DNA of 60,000 bases from Malacoraja senta (GCA_038087875.1 CM075989.1:10232001-10292000); one strand, 5' to 3'; shown: positions 1 through 11,080, counted from the stretch's first letter. Numbers and translations are program-made. Notes: a model not told the origin generated them from the letters alone.

Positions 1-159
1 GCCTGCATTTCACTGAAAAACTGCTGGCTAGTTGTCAGTACAATCCAGCGGTGAATCTCACCAAATAACTCCCACCTTTCTTCATTATCGTGTTCATACG
101 TACAATGTCCCCTTTGGTAACAGGTGAAGGTTGCAGTAAACAGAGACCGAATAGCTCAC

Positions 160-324
160 CGCCCACCCACTATACTTGGCATGTGGTGACTTGGGCAAAC
201 TGCTGCAAGTTGGCCAAGTGACAATTTCTGGGTGAGCGCTCTTATCGATGCTTTCAAGGAAAGGGGCGTCTAACCCAAGAGACAGAGATGGCATGGCACC
301 ACTTGTGAACTGCCGAGGTGAGGT
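160..324 (-). CDS. Candidate internal coding exon (55 aa, phase 0-0) of an unidentified gene
   Basis: Minus strand ttgcag|ACC...GCG|gtgagc; 165 nt; only one frame is open (TSPRQFTSGAMPSL...KYSGWA). Weak polypyrimidine tract and no recognised homology. Confidence 0.3.
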
Positions 325-651
325 CTGCAATATGATTTTACCGTGTTTCATGCAAAACAAGGGAGTTCACTGTACCTAGGTACCTGGGACAATAAAATAT
401 CATTGAATCATCAAATGGAATAAATCAGATCAAAGAAGATAAAAGGAATCGGTCGTCAAATCGAAACATGCATAAATCTCAGAAGTAGTTCATAAAGATA
501 GTTACTGCGAAAATTTGCTTCTTTATAATTGCTTTATTGTAATTATAAATACAATATGCCAGTAACTTTAAAGAATTCCTGAGGCTGAAATGAATTCTGA
601 AGGGTCACTTGGAATTTAAGCAGAGTTTTAGGAAGCACTATATCACAAAGT

Positions 652-665
652 CCACTAGATGGCAG
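652..665 (+). promoter_or_regulatory. CTCF-type motif
   Basis: CCACTAGATGGCAG matches the CTCF core consensus CCASYAGRKGGCRS. Confidence 0.5.
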
Positions 666-934
666 AGGTTATTGAGAAATGTCCTATTCTCTGAGCATTC
701 ATGAAGTGTTTTTGAACTGAGGGATCAGTCCTGGTGTTGCCTGGGAATGGAATGTTTCCACTGTGTATTTAATGATTCCATTCTGTTGGCAGGCTGCACA
801 ACACTAACATTGCTTAATCAATGTACCTTAAATGGCAGCCTCTCAAAAGCTGCCCTCTCACCGGGGCCACACTGAGTGACATTTGCTTTCATCGGGAACA
901 TTACCACAAATAAGCTCTTTCACACAGCTGAACA

Positions 935-1160
935 GTGTCGAGTCGAGTGGGCGGTGCCGGCACGGGGCGCTGAAGTTGCTGAGATTGAGCAGTTATCAGT
1001 AAAAGGTGGAGAGGCGGTGGGGGTGGAGTAGGAGGGGGCGCTGACTTTGTTCTTGTGCTCGGCTGAAGTTGGACTCGCGATACAAATAGTTCACGGTGCA
1101 TGCCGCGCTCCTGATGCTCCGTCCCCTCCCCTCCCTCCCTCCCTCCATCGAGCCCCAAAC
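935..1160. promoter_or_regulatory. CpG/GC-rich non-repetitive patch, possible promoter or first exon
   Basis: Retained CpGs, GC boxes (gggcgg, ggggcg), a CTCF-like aggagggggcgctg and a (ccct)n tract. Confidence 0.3.
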
Positions 1161-1372
1161 ATCAGGTTGGCTTAATGGTGCCGTTTAAAGATTGAAAGAG
1201 GCACTCTGCAGAGTGGGACCCACACTAGCTGAGAAGGTTAGACCTCATTCCACAGTTCTCAGTCTACGATGCGAGAGAGCGCAGAGGACAGCAAGTGTGC
1301 ACAGTCTGGTATCGTCCAAGGTCCTGTAACATCCTCTGATAACAAAAAGCACTCCAGAGATAATGAATCAGT

Positions 1373-1400
1373 CTGAAGAAGGGTCTCGACCCGAAACGTT
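1373..1400 (+). ncRNA. Minimal hammerhead ribozyme core in a Penelope-like terminal repeat
   Basis: CTGAAGA-A-GGGT(CTCG)ACCC-GAAACGTT. Confidence 0.7.
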
Positions 1401-1716
1401 CTTCTTGTTCTTGTTCTAAACTTGTTCTTCTCATCCACCCAACAGTTCGGTGGATCTGAAGATAGACACAAAGTGTTGGAATAACTCAGCAAGTGAGGCA
1501 GCATCCATGTACACTTTTGTTTGTTAGTGCATTTATATAGCTTCTATAGGGCAAGAAAATATCCCAATTACCTTGGCATATTTTTTTCACCCTCTTACGT
1601 TCTCTCTAAATCCAGGCGTTATAATGCAGAGATGATATGAGGCAGGGTTGAATTCACCAAATCAACTGGCAAAATGGTGATACAAGGGGACATGCACAAG
1701 GTTGCTGGGGAGCAAA

Positions 1717-1850
1717 CTTCTTCTTACTTATGGCATGCACAGCCTAAAGTTGAAGACACCAAAACACTACATCTATTTGTTTGTGCACGTCAGGTTGATT
1801 GCATTAGTCGAAACAGGGTGGACCACGTGAAGGTTGCCATCTCCCACCCC
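1717..1850 (-). mobile_element. HDV-ribozyme-headed short retroelement (SIDE/SINE-like), copy A
   Basis: Homologous to 4236-4375 with the same 5' end; (AAG)n tail; flanks ggagcaaact/ggggcaaact look like a TSD. Confidence 0.8.
1797..1850 (-). ncRNA. Minimal HDV-like ribozyme, copy A
   Basis: GGGGUGG-GA-GAUGGCA-ACC-UUCACGU-GGU-CCACCCU-GU-UUCGA-CUAA-UGCAAUC; P1, P2, P3, L3 and J4/2 can all be assigned. Confidence 0.8.
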
Positions 1851-3267
1851 AGGGGCAAACTGGAACAGGACCCTCATTAAAAGGTATCAAGCTGTGAATG
1901 TGATCTGAGGAAACACATATGGATGCCTCCAAAAGTCACAAGATTAACATTTTTGCACAAAGTTGAGGGTTTCACATTTTCATTCTGTTATGAAGTTCGT
2001 GCTCGTTGTGAAAAACTAAAACCAGGGACTTACCGTGCAGACAATTTATTGCACAGGAAATTCCTAAGAGCAATCTTCCATCGCGCCCTACCAGTGGCCT
2101 TTAACCAAAGTGTTTCTGCCAAGGACTGAATAGGTTATATCTGGAAACAATTGCTTCAAGTACCCGAGGTATACCTTGATACCAAGGCTAGTGTACTGAC
2201 TGTGAGGGCAGGTAATCGATTTGCATTCTACATCCTTCCCTGTCCAGCTGGCAATACAGAAGAATGTAGGGAATGTTTGTGACAGAAATTAAATTTGACA
2301 ATAAGTAAACAATGAAAAGTGTCCTTGTTAACAATGGAAGAGTAGAGGATTCATTTGGAAATACAGAAATAATTATGATCAGAGTGTCGTAACGCAAAAA
2401 CCAAAGTCACTCAAAATTGCTTCGTGAAACTTTTCCCTGTGGGAAGTTACATGTAGAAGAAATAATGTATTGGAGTGAACAAGAGCAAAATGGTCATGAG
2501 TGATTCTGCGATACTCCAGTACACCAGACACAATACCTATGGAATGGAAGAGTCCCATTTCCTCTGGATGACAGTGAATAAATCACCCAATGTCTTTCTA
2601 CTATCTACAAGGCAGGCTTACCTGGATGAGTGTAAATTCTTCACCATTTAAGAAACATCCAGGATGAAGCCACATCCCATGCACCAGCCAAAACATGGCT
2701 TCTCTCCACCATCAGAGCTTACTGTCCACAAGGTACAGTCCAGCAGCTTGCTGAGAGTCTTAAAGCATCCCCTTTACTGTCTGGAATGGCAAGTGCAGTA
2801 AGCGGATGGAAAAGTTGGCAGCTGATAGAGCTGCTGCCTCATACCAGATGAGGAGAATAAATTGGGTTACGAAGGGATTGGTATGAAAATATGTCTTTGA
2901 TGGTCAGTGTGGACTCAGTGGATTGTTGATGAGTGTAACTCCTAACACTGTAACACTGGGGAGAGGGAGGGTGTGTAGCTTCCACATAAGATTGGAGTGC
3001 AGGGATAGGATGACACACTACCAACTTCTCAAGACAAACTTCGAGACAAGCATCCTTTCCAGCATGCCTTCATTCTGACAGAGTATAACAGAAAGATGTC
3101 AAGTCCTTATTAATGCCTTCTCACATCAGACCTGCAGTGGAGTTCCTATCATTGGAGGTTATCTCTAAAACAATGTTATGTATGATGTGGTTATATCTAG
3201 AAAAAAAAAAGGTAACATGCACATAGGGATGGCAACTTTGAAGAAAAGAACAGTGTAAATATTCCTA

Positions 3268-3832
3268 AAGGGGCTGTCCCACTTGGGCGACCTAATTGGC
3301 GAGTTTAGAAGAGTTTAGGAGAGTTTGAAAAAATGCCATGTTGTAGACCTCCTTCGACTATGTAGAAGACCTCCTTCGACCTCCTTCGACTATGTTGAAG
3401 ACTAGCTTCGACTAGCTACGACTAGCTACAACTAACTTCGGGAAAATTGGACAAAGAATAGTGGAGAGTGAAGATGACCTCCTTCAATCACCTTCGACCT
3501 CCCTTCGACCTCCCTTCGACTATGATGAAGACTATCTACGACTACCCTCGATTACCTACGACTAACATGCCGACCTACTACAACTAAACCTACGAGTAAA
3601 AAAAGTATAGATTTTTTCCATGGCGACCTTTTTTTACTCGCGGGCATTTTTCAACATGTTGAAAAATATGCCGCAACCTAGCTGAGGCCTCGAGTAGGCG
3701 GAGACCACTCTCGAGCATGAAGGAGAGTTACAAAGACCACGTACGACCTCGTGTCGACCATGCTGCGAGTATGAGTCAAGGGCAAACTAGCCAGAACTCG
3801 CGGATTAGGTCGTCCAAGTGGGACAGCCTCTT
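3268..3832. mobile_element. MITE (non-autonomous DNA transposon), AAGGG[G/C]CTGTCCCAC TIR family
   Basis: About 28 bp TIRs (aaggggctgtcccacttgggcgacctaat / attaggtcgtccaagtgggacagcctctt), TA on both sides, internal CTTCGAC/CTACGAC heptamer repeats. Confidence 0.85.
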
Positions 3833-4235
3833 TAGTTGTACATCTTCTTAAGTCCCTCACCCCTGGTAAAATCTTTCCCTGCATCCTTTCTAAGGTTGCA
3901 ACGTCACACCAAATCGTGGGGCTGGAATTATCCACAAACTCCAAATCGAACTGGGAAACTCTCACTGGACAATATTTATCCCAGAACCAAATGGATTATC
4001 TGGCCCTTAGTGGGAGATGGTTGCGTACAAACTGGCTGCTGTGCTTTGTACAGTGCTACAATAATGGCTCTTCAGAAATCATTCACTAGTACAATCACTG
4101 GGTGATTTTGGTGGGGGATTTTGGTGGGGAATCAAGAAAGTCAGTGTGTAGATTCAAAACCTGATTTCCTAGTAATCAACAATCTGTGATGCACATGCGT
4201 GAGAATGTAGAAACAAAGAACTGCAGACAGTGGTT

Positions 4236-4375
4236 CTCTTCTTGTTGCGTGTGGCGTGCACAGCCTAAAATTGTAGGACAACTTGTTCTATTTGATCTTA
4301 TTTGATTGTGCACGCCAGGTTGATTGCATTCGTCGAAACAGGGCGTACCACGTGAAGGTTGCAATCTCCCACCCC
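4236..4375 (-). mobile_element. HDV-ribozyme-headed short retroelement (SIDE/SINE-like), copy B
   Basis: Ribozyme head, 11-bp hairpin (4252-4262/4307-4317), AAG-rich tail, degenerate 12-bp TSD cagacagtggtt/cagatagttgtt. Confidence 0.8.
4322..4375 (-). ncRNA. Minimal HDV-like ribozyme, copy B
   Basis: GGGGUGG-GA-GAUUGCA-ACC-UUCACGU-GGU-ACGCCCU-GU-UUCGA-CGAA-UGCAAUC. Confidence 0.8.
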
Positions 4376-4445
4376 CAGATAGTTGTTAATATACAAAAAG
4401 ACACAAAGTGCTGGTGTAACTGGGTCAGGCAGAACATAGATAGAT

Positions 4446-4574
4446 TGTTAAAGAAGGAACTGCAGATGCTGGAAAATCGAAGGTACACAAAAATGCTGGA
4501 GAAACTCAGCGGGTGCAGCAGCATCTATGGAGCGAAGGAAATAGGCAACGTTTCGGGCCAAAACCCTTCTTCAG
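4446..4574 (-). mobile_element. Young Penelope-like pLTR fragment with hammerhead core
   Basis: Reverse complement of CTGAAGAAGGGTTTTGGCCCGAAACGTT at 4547-4574; 12-bp duplication ACATAGATAGAT; near-identical copy at ~4675-4784. Confidence 0.8.
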
Positions 4575-5202
4575 ACATAGATAGATGATGTTTCGGGTTG
4601 AGACCTTTCTTCAGAATGAAGTGTGACTTCATAATCCCTATGCTTTTTAAACCCAGTTTACCATCTTTAATGTTTTAAAGAAGGAACTGCAGATGCTGGA
4701 AAATCGAAGGTACACAAAAATGCTGGAGAAACTCAGCGGGTGCAGCAGCATCTATGGAGCGAAGGAAATAGGTAACGTTTCGGGTGCGTCCACAGGCTGT
4801 CCCTGGGTTAAGAATGCCCAACGTGCATTACGAACAAGCTCCCATAATATTATTAAATTCAAACGTCTGACGAGCAAACATATGTATGTTCCTTTGAGTG
4901 GCAGAGTAGTTACTACACTCTCTTCACTTTTGGTAATAGTTCGTTATTATAAGCATTCTATGGTTAGGATGCCATTCATTACAGAGGCATATTGAGTGAT
5001 ATTTGTGCATTTTCCAACTTATGAATGACTATAAAAACAGAACGTATTTGTTACCCAGGGCATCGGCAGCAAGATCGTGTTTACACTTGGAACAGTTTGC
5101 ACTTTACATTGTTGAGGTTACCAACATGATTTAATAGATTGTCCTGAGCGATACATTACTAATCCCAAAAAACAGGATGAGACCCATTCAACCTCTCAAC
5201 CT

Positions 5203-5925
5203 TACATAAAATATAGGAATGGGCCCTTTGGCCACAATGTTTGTTGCGAACACGATGCCCAGCTGAACTGATCTCGTCTGCCTGCAAGTGATCCATGCCC
5301 CTCCATTCCCTGCAAATCCATGTGCCCATCTAAAAGCTTCTTAAATTCCGCTATTGTATCTGCCTCCACCAACACACCTGGCAAAGTTGTCCAAGCCTCC
5401 ACCACCCTCTGTGTGAAAAACTTGCTCCGCGCATCTCCTTTAGATTTTCCCTCTCTCACCTTATAGCTATGCTCACTGGTGTTGGATATTTTCACCTTGG
5501 GAAACAAAGTTCCGACTGTCTATCCTATCTATGCCTCTCATAATGTTACGTACGTCTATCAAGTTTCCACTCAACCTCCAACATTCCAGAGGAAACAATC
5601 CAAGTCTATCCAACCTCTCACGGTAGTTGAAACCCTTTAATCCAGGCAGCATTCTGGTGTACCTCCTCCGCGCCCTCTTCAAGCTTTCATATCTTTCCTG
5701 TAATGTGGCAACCAGAATTGCACGCAATATTCCAAATACGGCCTAACCAAAGTCCTATGGACCTGCATCAAGACTTCCTGACTTATATTCAATGCTCCTA
5801 GCAACAAAGGCAAGCATAGCATATGCCTCCTTTAGTCACCCTATCCACTTGTGCTGCCATCTTTAGTGAGCTATGAACTTGGTCTCCAAGATCCCTCTGC
5901 ACATCGATGCTTTTAAGGGTCTTGC
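5203..5925 (-). mobile_element. CR1/HER1-type LINE 3' fragment
   Basis: Frameshifted RT C-terminus (YTRMLPGLKGFNYRERLDRLGLFPLE..RL.GNLI; FFTQRVVEAW..LP) followed by the 3' UTR. Confidence 0.9.
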
Positions 5926-6179
5926 CAAAACCCAAGAACTTACTTCCAGCATTCATGGCTGATGTGTGATTTATCTTCATATTCCTGCCTTTTCCCCATA
6001 TCCATTAGAACCTTTGGCTGAAGAAAATTGACCAAGCTCAGGTTTAACATGAAACACTGACCTGACTTCATGAGCTTTTGGCAGAAGAGAATTCTGCATT
6101 CCTTACATCCTCTGCTTGTCCTGGTTTCCCAGTTCCACTCCTGAATAGAGTCCAAGTCACCAACACTTCTAGACTTGTC

Positions 6180-6268
6180 CTGAAGAAGCGTCCCGGCCCG
6201 AAACGTCACCTACTCATATTCCCCATGGATGCTGCCTGATCTGCCGAGTTACTCCAGCATTTTGTGAC
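6180..6268 (+). mobile_element. Penelope-like pLTR fragment with hammerhead core
   Basis: ctgaagaagcgtcccggcccgaaacgtc followed by the family tail. Confidence 0.75.
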
Positions 6269-6384
6269 CTTTAGAATCTCAACTGGTTGTGTTGTCAGAG
6301 GCAAGGGCTAACCTCTCCCCAAAAATACAAAATAATAGCCAGCCAAGCTTTCCGTTGTACATCATGCTAATGAAAAATAATCAT

Positions 6385-6826
6385 CAAAGATGTTACCAGG
6401 ATTCGAGTGCCAGAGCTAGAGGGAGAGATTGGGCAACCTAGGACTATATTCCTTTGAACGCAGGAGGCTAAGGAGTGATGTTATGGGGGAATTGATAGGG
6501 TGAATGCCCAGAGGCTTTTACCCAGAGTAAGGGAATCAAGAACCAGAGGATAGAGTTTTGAGTTGAGAGGGCAAAGATAGTAGGAAGTTGAGGAACACCT
6601 TTTTTCACTCAAGGGGTGGTAGTCCATAGAATGAGCTGCCGGAGGAGTAGTTAAGACAGGTACTGTTTTAAAGACACTTGGACAGGTTCATGAATAGGTG
6701 CATATCAAAGTTTTAGAGAGAAATGGGCCAAACGTGGGCAGATGGGACTAGCTTAGCTGGGGCATCTTGGTTGGCATGGGCGAGCTGGCCTGAAGAGTTT
6801 TGTTTCCGAACTGCACGACTCTATCT
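6385..6826 (+). mobile_element. CR1-type LINE 3' fragment
   Basis: Degenerate RT C-terminus and 3' UTR similar to 5203-5925. Confidence 0.8.
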
Positions 6827-7457
6827 GTTGGTTTTAAATTCAATAAAAGTGCTCCCCTCGGAAGAGGCCACAAACAGTAAACAAAAAACAAAAAGAATAG
6901 CTATCAAATTAAATTAAAATGTTTGATGGCACTCCAGTGCCCAGGTAACCACCTTTGCAGAAGGGCACTAAGTATTATTAAGTGCTCAATTCTTTGTTAT
7001 TCATTAGTTCATCTTTGCTGTTCATTTCACCCCTGAGTCTACCTATTGGTCTTGATTGGTATCCATTGGGCCCCTGCTTATTTTTCATTAACTTCCAATT
7101 ATTTAGCCAATAACCTCTGGCTGTTTTTCATTTGGCTTTGACAAAAAGTACTCCTGTATGAATAAGGCTTAAAATCAACATGAGCCCACTGTGTTTCAGA
7201 AGCTGCCCAAATTTGCGGTGTACACATAAAAAATGACCACTTGGAATGGGTCACTGATACTCTGAGAACTGTGACATCGATACTGATCAACACCTTCAAC
7301 CTTCGCCACAATTTACACTTCAAAAGCAGTTCATCAGCTGCAATCGGTATTGTGATATACAGAGATGTCGTGAAATGATGGGAAGATGCAAGGGAAGAGG
7401 AGAAAAGATTAAGACAAGGAGATCTGGGACTATTCTTGACCATTCTTTTGCCATGAG

Positions 7458-7760
7458 GTTTAGCTTTAGAGATACAGCACGAAAACAGACCCGTCGGCCC
7501 ACCGGGTCCACGCCGACCAACGATCTCCGTACACTAACACTATCCTACACACCAGGGACAATGTACAATCCTGACCGAGGCCAATTAACCTGCAAACCTG
7601 TATGTCTTTGGAGTGTGGGGGGAAACCGGAGCCGCCGGAGAAAACCCATGCGGTCACGGGGAGAACGTACAAACTCCGTACAGACAGCACCCATAGTCAT
7701 GATTGAACCCGAGTCTCTGGCACTGTAAGGCAGCAACTATGCTGCGCCACCTTGTCACCC
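7458..7760 (-). mobile_element. HE1-type V-SINE
   Basis: tRNA-like head, V-domain core and CR1-like tail. Confidence 0.88.
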
Positions 7761-8687
7761 ATGCCAGTCTAATATTAAAAATTGGTTTATTTTTACTAAA
7801 ATAAAATCAAATTATCTGGTGGCACCAATTAACCAATTTCAAATCCTAAAGAGATACAACATGGAAACAGGCCCTTCAGCCCACTCAGTTTACACTGACC
7901 ATCATGTGTCCATTTACATAAACTCTACTTTAATCCCATTATTTTTATTCTCCTAAATTTTCAACAATTCCCACCTCTTTCCCATCCTCATTTCCCACAA
8001 TTCCCAAACTCTACCTCTCACCTACACACACAAGGGTCAGTTGCCAACCTATACGTTTTTGGGATGTGGGAGAGAACCTGGATGTGGTACCCACATAGTC
8101 ACTGGGAGAACGTGCAAACTCCACCCAGGCAGTACCGGAGCGTCAGCGTTGAACCTAGGACCCTGGAACTGAGGCCAAGGCTTTACCAGCTATGCAATTG
8201 TGCTATTTAAAATCCACACATTTGTGAATTCAACATTGGTAACATTTGAGTTAGTAGATCATTTGATTAAAGTAACCAAATGTAATGTAAAGAATATAAA
8301 GAGAATATGTTAGATACTGCAATAGTCTGTTATAATGGATAGTCCTTTGCTACATGGCTAAACAAGTTGTCCAGCCTAAACAACACCGAAAAAAATGAAA
8401 AGGCCCCAGGATCAGGATAGCGTTGCTTTAATTATGAACAGTGTAATGAGTCACACTTACATTGCTGTGCAGAGGCAGATCAAAGATTAATATCAGGTGC
8501 ACTCTGCCCACTGCACTAGGAATTGATAACAATCAGAGATGGCATGTGGAGGCATGTGTGATAAATAACACAGATTTCGTACATCACAATGGAAAAAAAA
8601 CCATGAGAATACTCGGACAAATATTTACAGAACCATCTTTAACTCTCTGAGAGCTGCCAAGCGCAAAACTGCAAGGACATTAGTTTG

Positions 8688-8806
8688 TGTAGGAAGGAAC
8701 TGCAGATGCTGGTTTACGCCGAAGTTAGACACAAAATGCTGGAGTAACTAAGGCAGCATCTCTAGAGAGAAGGAATGGGGAATGTTTCGGGTCGAGATTC
8801 TTCTTC
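8688..8806 (-). mobile_element. Penelope-like pLTR fragment
   Basis: Family tail plus degenerate hammerhead core; flanked by the 11-bp duplication ACATTAGTTTG. Confidence 0.8.
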
Positions 8807-9512
8807 ACATTAGTTTGGTAGGTATATCCTCCTGATCTACCCAAGTCCTCTCACGCACACCCTCCTTTCCACTCCCTCCTCCACCCTCCCATCACCCGGT
8901 ACCTGTCCCTTACTCCACCTCCAAGCTTCTGCTCATCACCCTCCCTCCCCCTTTTCTGTGTCCTTTATTCCTCCCCCCCCCCTCCCCACCACTGTTCCCA
9001 TCCAACCACCATCCCTCCCCCTTCTGGGTCCATTATTCCTTCCCCCCTCCTCACCCCGGTTCCCATCCACCCACCATCCCTCCCTCTGGTCCTACATTTC
9101 ATTTTCAACCTTTCATTCCCATCAGATTCCATCATCTGCATCCTTTGTCTTCTCCACATCACCTCCAGCCTTGGTTACTATCTCCACCATCCGCTTCCCC
9201 ACTTGACTCGTGTATCAATCAACCCCCTCCTTACCAACATCTACTTGCCAGCTCTTGCCCAACCCCTTCCCTTCACCTGTATCTACCAGCCTCGATTTCT
9301 TTTTACATTTTCCTCCTCTTAAGCAAAGTGAGACCATCTGAATGTAACACAAAGCCATCAAGAAAATCTGAGGTTTTGTGCAATATCATAAAGGCAGCAA
9401 GAATTGTTCCCAAGACCATAAGACACTGGAGCAGTGTGGGGCCATTCGGCCCATCGAGTCGATTCTGCCATTCCATCATGGCTGATCTACTTTTCCCTCT
9501 TAAACCCATGCT

Positions 9513-9712
9513 NNNNNNNNNNNNNNNNNNNNNNNNNNNNNNNNNNNNNNNNNNNNNNNNNNNNNNNNNNNNNNNNNNNNNNNNNNNNNNNNNNNNNNNN
9601 NNNNNNNNNNNNNNNNNNNNNNNNNNNNNNNNNNNNNNNNNNNNNNNNNNNNNNNNNNNNNNNNNNNNNNNNNNNNNNNNNNNNNNNNNNNNNNNNNNNN
9701 NNNNNNNNNNNN
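9513..9712. other. Assembly gap (200 N)
   Basis: Run of n characters. Confidence 1.
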
Positions 9713-9736
9713 AGGGACAATTTGTAGCACACACAG

Positions 9737-10011
9737 TGGCACGGTGGCGCAGCGGTAGAGTTGCCGCCTTACAGCGCTTGCAGCGCCGGAGACCCGGGTT
9801 CGATCCTGACTACGGGTGCTGTCTGTACGGAGTTTATATGTTCTCCCTGTGACCGCATGGGTTTTCTCCGAGATCTTAATTTCCTCCCACACTCCAAAGA
9901 CGTCCAGGTTTGTAGGCTAATTGACTTGGTGTAAATATAAATTGTCCTTAGTGTGTGAAGGATAGTGTTAATTGGTGACCTGAAGGGCCTGTTTCTGCGC
10001 TGTATCTCTAA
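9737..10011 (+). mobile_element. HE1-type V-SINE
   Basis: A box tggcgcagcgg, B box ggttcgatcc, V-domain, tail gggcctgtttc..gctgtatctcta; an inverted 5' fragment follows at 10037-10115. Confidence 0.9.
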
Positions 10012-10763
10012 GAAAAATGGACAAATTCTGTATTTCCAGCACCCGTAGTCAGGATCAAACCCAGGTCTCTGGCACTGTAAGGCAGCAACTCTACCACTGT
10101 GCCACCGTGCCGCCCTATATCATATTTTGTTCTCTCCACATTCCCATCAGCTCCTCCCAGATTCCATCACTCACCTACAAAATCGGTGCAATTTACAGTG
10201 GCAATTAATCTGTCAACCAGAACAGTTTTGGTATGTGGGAGCTAACCAGAGCAGGGTGTTCATTTGGACAGGTACTTGGATAGGAAATATAGAACACAGA
10301 GCAATACAGCAGAGGAATAGGCCATTCACCCCGTAATGTGTGTGCTGAACATAATGCCAAGATAAATTAATCTCATCTGCCTGCTTGTGATCCATACAAC
10401 CTGCATTCGCAGCATATCCATGTGCCTATCTAAAAGCCTCTTAAACACCACTATTGTGGGATTTAGAGAGATATAGGCCAAATGCAAACAAAATGCTGGA
10501 GAAACTCAGCGGGTGAGGCAGCATCTATGGAGAGAAGGAATTGGCGACATTTCGGGTCGGGACCCTTCTTCAGACATGTGGGACTGATTCAGGAATATAC
10601 CTTTGTTGTCATGGGCGATTTGGGCCGAAGGGTCTGTTTCCATGACTCCGTGCTCTATGACTCCATGCCACCCGGGATAGCTCAGGCTGCCACAGGGAGA
10701 ATGTGCAAACTCCTCCACTCACAGAGGGCAGCAGAAGTCAGCATCAAACTCCAGGTCAGCGGA

Positions 10764-11080
10764 GGCACAGCGGTGCAGCGGATAGAGCTGCTGCCTCACA
10801 GCGCCAGAGACACAGGTTCGATCCTGAGATTGGGTGCGGAGTTTACACATTCTCCCTGTGACCAAGTGGGTTTCCTCCAGATGCTCCAATTTCCTCCCAC
10901 ATCCCAAAAGATGTGCAGGTTTGTAGGTTAATTGGCTTCTGCGGAAATTGCCCTAGTGTGTGGGGAATAAGTGAGAAAGTGGAATAACACAGAACGAGAG
11001 TGAATGGCTGATGTATGGTTGGCCTGGACTCAGTTGGGCATGGGACCTGTTTCCATGCTGTGTCTCCGAGTTATACTAAA
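10764..11080 (+). mobile_element. HE1-type V-SINE (older subfamily)
   Basis: Full head-core-tail similarity to the other copies. Confidence 0.85.

Noticed and set aside
121..137. Third HDV-element copy (caggtgaaggttgca)
   Set aside because: Short match only; P1 and the P2 partner are absent.
9737..9812. tRNA gene
   Set aside because: The A/B boxes belong to the tRNA-derived head of the HE1 SINE, as in all other copies.
9145..9892. Long ORFs in the track
   Set aside because: They are long only because they read through the 200-N gap and flanking repeats.
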